In this document: positions 27,934-34,539 of the stretch, one piece after another | How positions within the stretch are numbered: position 1 is the stretch's first letter | Layout of the letters: the number at the start of each line of letters is the position of its first letter | Notes under the pieces: generated by a model | The model's input: only the letters and a program-made list of their open reading frames with translations | What the model was told of the DNA's origin: nothing | Databases searched by the model: none | Source of the DNA: Flavobacterium sp. | GTDB lineage: Bacteria > Bacteroidota > Bacteroidia > Flavobacteriales > Flavobacteriaceae | Length of the DNA stretch: 34,539 nt | NCBI GenBank assembly: GCA_002733185.1 | Contig: NVUT01000011.1 | Location: 43,939-78,477, forward strand | Direction: 5' to 3' | Position numbers and translations under genes: made by a program

Positions 27934-28737
27934 TTATTTGATACTTGTCTCCAGCGAGTAGTTCGCTGTCAATACTTCAATTTTACGTTTTCGAGGTACT
28001 CCTTCTACAGACTTTTGAGCAGATATTGGTTTTTCAAAAACCAAAGTATGCCATCCATTATCTTTAGTATATTTTGAGAGAATTTCAGATTGATACGAAC
28101 TCAGTAGAAATTTTCCTTTTACCTTAGAGAGTACTTCAAGAAGTTTTAAATAATCGTCTATGTAATACCCACCATAGTGTCCTTGATTGGAATCTATATA
28201 AGGTGGGTCTACATAATGAAAAGCATCTTGGGCATCTCTACTTTTAATTACTTTTAAAGCATCATTATTTTCAATCTGCGTATTTTCTAGTCTTGTGTAA
28301 ATTTCCTTATCAAAAATTAATTTCTTATTCTGAAAAGCCTTGACTCGTTTTCCATACTTATCATAGCCCCACGAGCCTATCTGACAGGAAAAACCCATAT
28401 TAGTGGCGATGTAAAATGCCCAAGCTTGAATAATCTTATCAAAAAACTGTGGCATTCGATACACCACCCACGCAATGGTATAAGCATCTCGTGCAAATAA
28501 GGTGGATTCAATTCTTGCTTTTAAGTCCTCAAAGTTTGTTTTGACTACCTCATAGAAATTAATCACCATCCCATTGGTATCATTGATAATTTCAGATTCG
28601 CTCGGTTCTTTGGCGAAAAACACCGCACCCCCTCCAAAGAAAGATTCTGTATAGATTCTATGCTTTGGAATAAGTGGAAGAATGTGTTTAAGCATATTGA
28701 TTTTTCCTCCGTAATAAGTGATGGGGGTTTTAGACAT
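27934..28737 (-). CDS. DNA adenine methyltransferase (Dam/D12 class), orphan
   Basis: Start MSKTPITYYGGK at 28737; ESFFGGGAVFF, EIIND and YVDPPY motifs. Confidence 0.92.
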   Translation of the reverse strand: MSKTPITYYGGKINMLKHILPLIPKHRIYTESFFGGGAVFFAKEPSESEIINDTNGMVINFYEVVKTNFEDLKARIESTLFARDAYTIAWVVYRMPQFFDKIIQAWAFYIATNMGFSCQIGSWGYDKYGKRVKAFQNKKLIFDKEIYTRLENTQIENNDALKVIKSRDAQDAFHYVDPPYIDSNQGHYGGYYIDDYLKLLEVLSKVKGKFLLSSYQSEILSKYTKDNGWHTLVFEKPISAQKSVEGVPRKRKIEVLTANYSLETSIK

Positions 28738-28768
28738 AGGTGGTTTAAGTAAATAAGGCGAGTAATCC

Positions 28769-29236
28769 TCAGAGCAATCCCTCTTTTGAAAAAGAGGTAA
28801 AAGACTCCGAGCTAATAATAATGTGGTCAAGCAGGGTGATTTCCAAAATTTCAGCAACTTGTTGTAATTTTTCAGTAAGTCTCTTATCACACTCAGAAAT
28901 AGTTAAATTTCCCGAAGGGTGATTATGAGCTAAAATAATTGCTGATGAGGAAGTCATTAGGGCTAGTTGCAGTATTTCCTTGATATTTATGACAACACCC
29001 CGAGAGGAACCCGAAGCGATTTCAGAAATTCCAAGGAGTCTATTGGCATTGGAAAGCATCAGTACCCAAAAGAATTCTTTTAAATCAATTCTTTGGGAAT
29101 CTGCAAATTCTTTTATTACTTCCTGAGCTTTTTCCGCACTATTGATATGTTTCATTTTAATAAACAAAGGTCTTTTATAATGAAGCTGTATTTCTGTGCT
29201 ACTGTAAATGGTAGTAGCTAATTGGTTTTTTTTCAT
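28769..29236 (-). CDS. radC: RadC-like JAB domain protein (short MGE form)
   Basis: KEFFWVLML, ILAHNHPSGNLTISECD, LLDHIII. Confidence 0.93.
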   Translation of the reverse strand: MKKNQLATTIYSSTEIQLHYKRPLFIKMKHINSAEKAQEVIKEFADSQRIDLKEFFWVLMLSNANRLLGISEIASGSSRGVVINIKEILQLALMTSSSAIILAHNHPSGNLTISECDKRLTEKLQQVAEILEITLLDHIIISSESFTSFSKEGLL

Positions 29237-29304
29237 TTTCTATTCTTTTAAAGGTTCTTTCACCCTCTAGTATGAACGAAGCTTGAAAATCAAAAAAGAC
29301 GGGA

Positions 29305-30501
29305 TTATGGCGGGTATTCCAAATACAACACAGATTTATAATGCAAGCAAGTAGCCGAGAAACCTTTACTTGGTTTACCGTTAATCATAAGTTTGAGATA
29401 AATATCAAAGTTCTCCATATTAGTAAAGTCAGAGGCAAGGAATTCAGGGGTAAATACCTGTTGTAAATATCGAGCATCATCGTGACCCACTCGAAAGGAA
29501 ATAAGTGTTCCGACATTACCCAAAACTGCATTGCGAATAGTGACATCTAATTGATGCAGGTATTGATGAGCCAAGACCAGCGATACTTTAAACTTTCTCA
29601 GCTCCGAGAGCATTGAAGCAATTGACTCGGTAGTGTAGTTTTGAAACTCATCAAGAAAAAGAGCAATGGGTTTTCGTTGATGCTCTGGAGTATCAATACG
29701 AGAAAAGGAAGCATTCATAATAGAGTTTAATAAAAGGGAACCGATAATATGTGAAGTATCAAGACCGAGATTTCCTTTATTAAGATTCACCAGAATTATC
29801 TTACGATTATCTATGGCGTATCTAATTGAAATTTCTTTTCTGTTTTGAATCAGAAAACGTTTAATGGCTGGATGTACTAGAAAAGCACCAATCTTATTTA
29901 AAATAGGAACAAGGTCATTTTTGGTATATTTTTCAAATTCGTTTTCCCAAAAATTGCGTACATCTTCATTAACAATGTTTTTCATACAACTAGTCCTATA
30001 AGATTGGCTATGAATAATGCGAGGGATGTCGGTAAAATTTGCAGACTCTTGATCCAGGAGTGTTAAAAGAATATACCTTAGAATATGTTCTAGCTTTACT
30101 CCCCAGGCTCCTTTCCATAATTTTTTGAATGTATCTAATATTCCTGAGGCAACGAGGGATCTTTTTTCATAGGTTACTTTTTTAAGTGGGTTGTATCGAT
30201 ACTCCATATTCGGATTGGGAATATCAAGATAGAGTAGGTCTTTTGTTCTATGAAGCGGAATATATTTTAGAATTGTAGTAATAAGGTCACCGTGTACATC
30301 AAAAACACAGACTCCTCGTCCGTGTATAATATCTTGAAGAATTAAAGTAGTGAGTAAATTAGTTTTTCCAACGCCTGTTTTTCCAAGAATATAAGTATGT
30401 AGCAATCGATCCTGTTGATAGATACCAAAGAGTTTTCCTTCTTCTCGAAAGTTCGTTTTTGCAAAATAACTTACCTTCTTGTTTTTATAATATCGGTTCA
30501 T
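29305..30501 (-). CDS. VirD4/TraG-like coupling ATPase (no TM anchor)
   Basis: HTYILGKTGVGKT Walker A, FDVHGD, LFLDEFQNY Walker B, ELRKFKVSLVLAHQYLHQL, AVLGNVGTLISFRVG. Confidence 0.85.
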   Translation of the reverse strand: MNRYYKNKKVSYFAKTNFREEGKLFGIYQQDRLLHTYILGKTGVGKTNLLTTLILQDIIHGRGVCVFDVHGDLITTILKYIPLHRTKDLLYLDIPNPNMEYRYNPLKKVTYEKRSLVASGILDTFKKLWKGAWGVKLEHILRYILLTLLDQESANFTDIPRIIHSQSYRTSCMKNIVNEDVRNFWENEFEKYTKNDLVPILNKIGAFLVHPAIKRFLIQNRKEISIRYAIDNRKIILVNLNKGNLGLDTSHIIGSLLLNSIMNASFSRIDTPEHQRKPIALFLDEFQNYTTESIASMLSELRKFKVSLVLAHQYLHQLDVTIRNAVLGNVGTLISFRVGHDDARYLQQVFTPEFLASDFTNMENFDIYLKLMINGKPSKGFSATCLHYKSVLYLEYPP

Positions 30502-30610
30502 AGCCTTCGTAAGTATGAATGATATCTACACAAGCAAAAGACCCAATGATGAACAGCCCTACATCACCCCGTCTTTTTTAGTTTTTTTGAAAAGGTAAAA
30601 TCCTACTGTT

Positions 30611-30781
30611 ATGAATACAGAAATTAAACAACAACACATTACTCATTTTATTAAAAGCATCTGCAAGGGAAAAAACAAAGAAGAATTAAAACAAGCGGAA
30701 GCAAATTATTTACGTTTTATTCAGCTTGCCCAGAGGATAAGTGATCGATTATCGGAACAGACAAAAAACAGTAATCCTTGA
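30611..30781 (+). CDS. Small hypothetical protein upstream of the recombinase (56 aa)
   Basis: Manual translation MNTEIKQQHITHFIKSICKGKNKEELKQAEANYLRFIQLAQRISDRLSEQTKNSNP*; absent from the ORF track. Confidence 0.55.
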   Translation: MNTEIKQQHITHFIKSICKGKNKEELKQAEANYLRFIQLAQRISDRLSEQTKNSNP

Positions 30782-30852
30782 CTCTAAGTACCTACTTCAA
30801 TTACACTTAAAGTATGTAAAAACATTATTAGCCTCAATTTAAAAAAAGTAGT

Positions 30853-32436
30853 ATGAAAAAAGTATATGGATACATTCGTGTATCAACAAAAAGACAAGGA
30901 GAAGGAGTTTCTCTTGAAGTGCAAGAAGATGATATCAAAAGATATGCAAAAAGAAAAAACCTAAAAATTATTGCTTGGGTAAAAGAAAAGAAATCAGCAT
31001 CAAAAGGAATTCGTCCAAAATTCTCAAAAATGATTCAAGATATTTATCAAGAAAAAGCAGATGGTTTTATCGCACATAAAATCGATAGAATGATGAGAAA
31101 CAGAGGCGATTGGGCGATGATTAATGATTTAATTGATTCTGGTCGTGTAATTCATTCCGTAAATGGAACTGAATTAGATAATGCCAATGGACGTTTTATG
31201 GGTGATATTGAAGCAGCAGTTGCTACAAGATACTCAAGTAACTTATCAGAAGAAGCAAAAAAAGGATTATACGGAAGGTTAAAACAGGGAATATACCCTT
31301 GGGGAGCTCCTGTGGGTTATGATAATACAGGAAAAGGAAACTTAAAAAAAGTGAACCCAATCCAGAGCGAATTAATAAAACAACTTTTCGATTTATATGT
31401 CTCAGAAAACTATAATGTGAGAACGTTATCTGTTGAAATGGAAAAAAGAGGGCTCAGAAATAAAAACGGTAACCGAGTCTGTAAAAATGGGATTACCACC
31501 ATCTTAAAAAACCCTTTCTATATTGGATTAATGAAGGTTAAGGGAAAAACCTATAAAGGAAATCATAAAACAATAATTGACCCCCGCATATTTAAGCAAG
31601 TAAAAATGATTCTTGAAGGAAGAAAGTCTAGCAAAGGACTCAAACATCATTATTTGTTTAGAAAACTAGTCCGCTGTGAAAACTGTCGCTACATTATGTC
31701 AGGTGAAAAACAAAAGGGGCATGTATATTATAGGTGTCAGACAAAAGGCTGTCCCACAAAAAGTATTCGAGAAGATTTAATTCAGGGCTATGTAAAAAAT
31801 ATCCTAAAAACACTTTCCTTATCAAATAAAGAATCAATGATTTTAAATAAAATACACGATCAAAAGAAAGCAGAAACGGATAGTGTAAATCTGCAAATTA
31901 AAAATAATTATTCCCTGCAGATACATAAATTAGAAAAGAAAGAACAAAAATTATTAGATATATATCTTGAGGATGGAATTAGTAAAAATCAATATGAAAA
32001 ACAGCGTTTAGACACCTTAATTAAATTACAGGAATTAAAAGCACTCTCTGACGATATTCCTGAGTCAAAAAATGAAGTTTTTGAAAAAATTAATAAATTC
32101 CTCGAACTTTGTAAATCGCCTATAAATACATACTTATCTGGGATTCAAGAGGAAAAACGAGAAATGCTTGAAATCATCACCTCGAACCTTACTATTGACC
32201 GTAGAAAGGTAAGTTTTTCAATGGTTTCTCCCTTTGGAGAACTCGCAAATCGAGATGTTTTCTTATCGTGTCCACATAGTCGGGACACTGGTCGAACACT
32301 GTATGGTAAAATTGTCTATTTAAACAATAATACATCCTCAGTGATACCAAAGGCATTAAACGACCAGCAACTAGAGAAATTCTATCAGTTCCTTATGAAC
32401 TATGCAACAACATTATCAAAAATAAATAAGTTTTAA
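30853..32436 (+). CDS. Large serine recombinase
   Basis: YGYIRVSTKRQ catalytic Ser, KIDRMMRN, APVGY, ILKNPFYIG, CENC...YYRC...C zinc ribbon, coiled coil. Confidence 0.95.
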   Translation: MKKVYGYIRVSTKRQGEGVSLEVQEDDIKRYAKRKNLKIIAWVKEKKSASKGIRPKFSKMIQDIYQEKADGFIAHKIDRMMRNRGDWAMINDLIDSGRVIHSVNGTELDNANGRFMGDIEAAVATRYSSNLSEEAKKGLYGRLKQGIYPWGAPVGYDNTGKGNLKKVNPIQSELIKQLFDLYVSENYNVRTLSVEMEKRGLRNKNGNRVCKNGITTILKNPFYIGLMKVKGKTYKGNHKTIIDPRIFKQVKMILEGRKSSKGLKHHYLFRKLVRCENCRYIMSGEKQKGHVYYRCQTKGCPTKSIREDLIQGYVKNILKTLSLSNKESMILNKIHDQKKAETDSVNLQIKNNYSLQIHKLEKKEQKLLDIYLEDGISKNQYEKQRLDTLIKLQELKALSDDIPESKNEVFEKINKFLELCKSPINTYLSGIQEEKREMLEIITSNLTIDRRKVSFSMVSPFGELANRDVFLSCPHSRDTGRTLYGKIVYLNNNTSSVIPKALNDQQLEKFYQFLMNYATTLSKINKF

Positions 32437-32443
32437 GACGCCT

Positions 32444-32944
32444 ATGAATTATAAGCAAACAACACAAATCCCTAATGTGGTTTTTGATAAACACCTAAAC
32501 AATCTAAGCTTTTCAGAATTAAAAATACTCCTCTATATTCTACGTCAAACATACGGTTGGATAAGCAAAAATGGAAAACGAAAAAAAAGAGACAGAATCA
32601 CTCACGGACAATTTGAAACCAAAACAGGACTCTCTAGAAGAATTATCTCAAGTACCATTCAATCCCTTATTATCAAACAACTCATCACCGTAAGTGATTA
32701 CAAAGGAACACTATTACATTATCCTAGTGAGCGTAAAGGTAAGGTAGGCATCTATTACGCACCTAACTTACAAACCTATGCAGATAATGACATCAAGGTA
32801 GGCAAAAAGAAGCATCAACCTATGCAAAATAGGGTATATAACAAAACTAATAGAACAAAACTAAAAAGACAAAAGGAGCTTTCAAATAACAAAAGAAAAT
32901 CAGACTGGCAGCGTATGCAAGAAATATTACAATCGAGAATTTAA
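32444..32944 (+). CDS. Replication initiator-like wHTH protein (phage O-like)
   Basis: TTQIPNVVFD, SELKILLYILRQTYGW, DRITHGQFETKTGLSRRII. Confidence 0.75.
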   Translation: MNYKQTTQIPNVVFDKHLNNLSFSELKILLYILRQTYGWISKNGKRKKRDRITHGQFETKTGLSRRIISSTIQSLIIKQLITVSDYKGTLLHYPSERKGKVGIYYAPNLQTYADNDIKVGKKKHQPMQNRVYNKTNRTKLKRQKELSNNKRKSDWQRMQEILQSRI

Positions 32945-33267
32945 ATTATCTTAAAATAGTTCAAGTGCTTAAAGCCTTTATCTAAAATAAAGGCAGATTC
33001 ACCATTGAGATTTTTTTTGAGTACCTATTTTTTCATACACCATCATTATTGATTTATCTACATTTTTTTTATAAACATCGGCAGGTCAATAAAATCATTT
33101 AACTATCCAATACAAAATATAACGATTCATTTCATCTACTAAAAGTTTATCGTATCAATTGATTTTGAAATCCCAACCAAAAATTAAGAATAAAAGGGAA
33201 TGAAACAAAATACGGGTCAAACCAAGATATACACATCTTCTTCACAAAACAGGGTATGACCGCGAAA

Positions 33268-33291
33268 AAAATTGTCCATATGGACAATTTT
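33268..33291. promoter_or_regulatory. Perfect 24-bp palindrome, putative operator
   Basis: aaaattgtccat|atggacaatttt, 90 bp upstream of the XRE gene. Confidence 0.6.
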
Positions 33292-33381
33292 ACAGGTCAA
33301 GATTGGGTCTTTTTTATTAGAGCATTGTTATTTAAAATGAAAGGAGCGGTGAGAGAATAACCCTCACCGCTACCATTCACT

Positions 33382-33729
33382 ATGAAAAATAACATACATT
33401 TATTAAAGCAGAGTCGCACCGATGCAGATGTCAGGCAACAGGATGTAGCCTTTTTGCTTAACATTGATTCGGGCAATCTCGCTCGTTACGAGAATGAAAA
33501 ACGATCTCCCACTCCAGAGGTGTTGCTATCGTATCATATCCTCTTCGGCATTCCCATTTCGGAACTCTTAAACCCTTTACATCAGGAAATAACTGAGAAC
33601 CTTATTTTGAGAAGTAAATTACTTCCTGCTCAGCCAACGGCTAAGCAAACACCGAAGAGTAAACATAGTATAGCATACTTGCAAGCAGTTGTCAATGACT
33701 TAACCAACATCAAAACCTATGACCTCTAA
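33382..33729 (+). CDS. XRE-family HTH regulator
   Basis: LKQSR...VRQQDVAFLLNIDSGNLARYENEKRSP. Confidence 0.85.
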   Translation: MKNNIHLLKQSRTDADVRQQDVAFLLNIDSGNLARYENEKRSPTPEVLLSYHILFGIPISELLNPLHQEITENLILRSKLLPAQPTAKQTPKSKHSIAYLQAVVNDLTNIKTYDL

Positions 33730-34231
33730 AGCGCAAAAATCAAAGCGAAAACAAATGATACTTTCTCTCTATCCCAATTCATTAGGATTTGGCTATGCGG
33801 TGATGGATAATGCGCTAAGTGTCTTGAATTCTCAAGTGGTACAAGTCAAACCTATTTCAAATAGCCACGCACTAGGTCGAATCAAAGAAATTATTGATTA
33901 TTATGAGCCGAAAATAATCATCATTGAAGATTATAACGGAATTGGTTCTCGTAAATCAAAGCGTATCGAAAAAATGATTGATGCTATAGCTCGGTATGCA
34001 TTAAAGAAGAACTTGAAAACCCACAAATATTCCCGAGCTGATATTCGTTTTGTGTTTAGTAATTTTAATGCACATACCAAATATGAAATAGCTTGCGTGA
34101 TTGCAGAAAATATTAAAGCGATGGAATACAAACTAATGAAGCCCAGAAAAACAAGTGAATCAGAGAAATATATGGCTGGAGCTTTTGATGCTGTATCGCT
34201 TGGGATTACACATTTCTATATGATGGATTAA
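33719..34231 (+). CDS. RuvC/RNase H-fold protein
   Basis: ILSLYPNSLGFGYAV, YEPKIIIIED, TKYEIA, FDAVSLGI follow the RuvC motif order. Confidence 0.6.
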   Translation: MTSKAQKSKRKQMILSLYPNSLGFGYAVMDNALSVLNSQVVQVKPISNSHALGRIKEIIDYYEPKIIIIEDYNGIGSRKSKRIEKMIDAIARYALKKNLKTHKYSRADIRFVFSNFNAHTKYEIACVIAENIKAMEYKLMKPRKTSESEKYMAGAFDAVSLGITHFYMMD

Positions 34232-34253
34232 AAACACCTCTAGGGTGTTTTTT
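34230..34253 (+). terminator. Intrinsic terminator
   Basis: aaaaacacc-tctag-ggtgttttt followed by further T residues, overlapping the stop codon. Confidence 0.75.
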
Positions 34254-34539
34254 AATTTTTAGACACTCTTACTCTTGTAAATCTATCTTATTAAAATTAC
34301 TCTCAAGTAGTATTATAAATATTGACAATTGTTCACAAATGAAAATGTTCGATGAAGAAGAATCATATATCTGGGATTTTTGATGCTATTACGATTTTCC
34401 TGATTCACTTTTATTTAAATGAGTAGTTATTAATAAAACACTTACAATGTTTATTAGTCATTTACAGTTGCCTAAAACAATGTTATGATTTTTAAGAATA
34501 TAAAACTTAATTATTATGACAAAAAAGCAACCAAAGTTT

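Larger units (their letters stand above)
26093..34539. mobile_element. Integrative (mobilisable) element, boundaries uncertain
   Basis: Cluster of RadC, methylase, VirD4-like ATPase, large serine recombinase, replication initiator, XRE and RuvC-like genes. Confidence 0.7.

Noticed and set aside
24665-28737. Nuclease-like gene and methylase as a type II RM pair
   Set aside because: About 2.5 kb apart, separated by five genes and a terminator; the methylase fits the radC-led run.
28738-28890. 51-aa N-terminal extension of the methylase in the ORF track
   Set aside because: Overlaps radC; the family motif begins at MSKTPITYYGGK (28737).
33931-34131. Minus-strand 66-aa ORF
   Set aside because: Antisense shadow of the RuvC-like gene.
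33719-34231. TnpB/Cas12-type RNA-guided nuclease
   Set aside because: Only 170 aa with no zinc finger or REC/WED regions and no array; fits a stand-alone RuvC-like fold.
34516-34539. Possible gene start MTKKQPKF at the right edge
   Set aside because: Only eight codons visible; cannot be supported.

Overview
AT-rich sequence with Flavobacteriaceae-like (Bacteroidota) gene content. After two probable core genes (1..1369), a possible tRNA-derived att junction at ~1542-1570 opens an accessory region that runs to the window end. Its left part (3060..24516) is a type II secretion/type IV pilus-like machine split into two divergent operons: secretin, GspE/PilB ATPase, A24 peptidase, major pilin and GspL/M-like genes on minus; two lipoproteins, GspC/PilP-like, three minor pilins and GspF/PilC on plus. 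Between the halves lie a signal-peptide-bearing YD-repeat protein, an Rhs polymorphic toxin, a membrane immunity candidate and a DDE transposase. The Rhs operon and the plus-strand secretion operon share a 54-bp palindromic 5' element (9397-9450 / 18895-18948) and a ~50-bp 3' element (17335-17384 / 24536-24586). The toxin-tip/immunity module is bounded by a 21-bp repeat encoding TVVAGTR. Together these suggest a co-regulated, modular T2SS/T4P-linked Rhs toxin system (inference). The right part (~26000..34539) is an integrative element: RadC, DNA adenine methylase, small hypothetical genes, VirD4/TraG-like ATPase, large serine recombinase, replication initiator, XRE regulator and RuvC-like protein. 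No intact rRNA, tRNA or CRISPR array was seen. All family assignments come from motif recognition by eye, not database searches.
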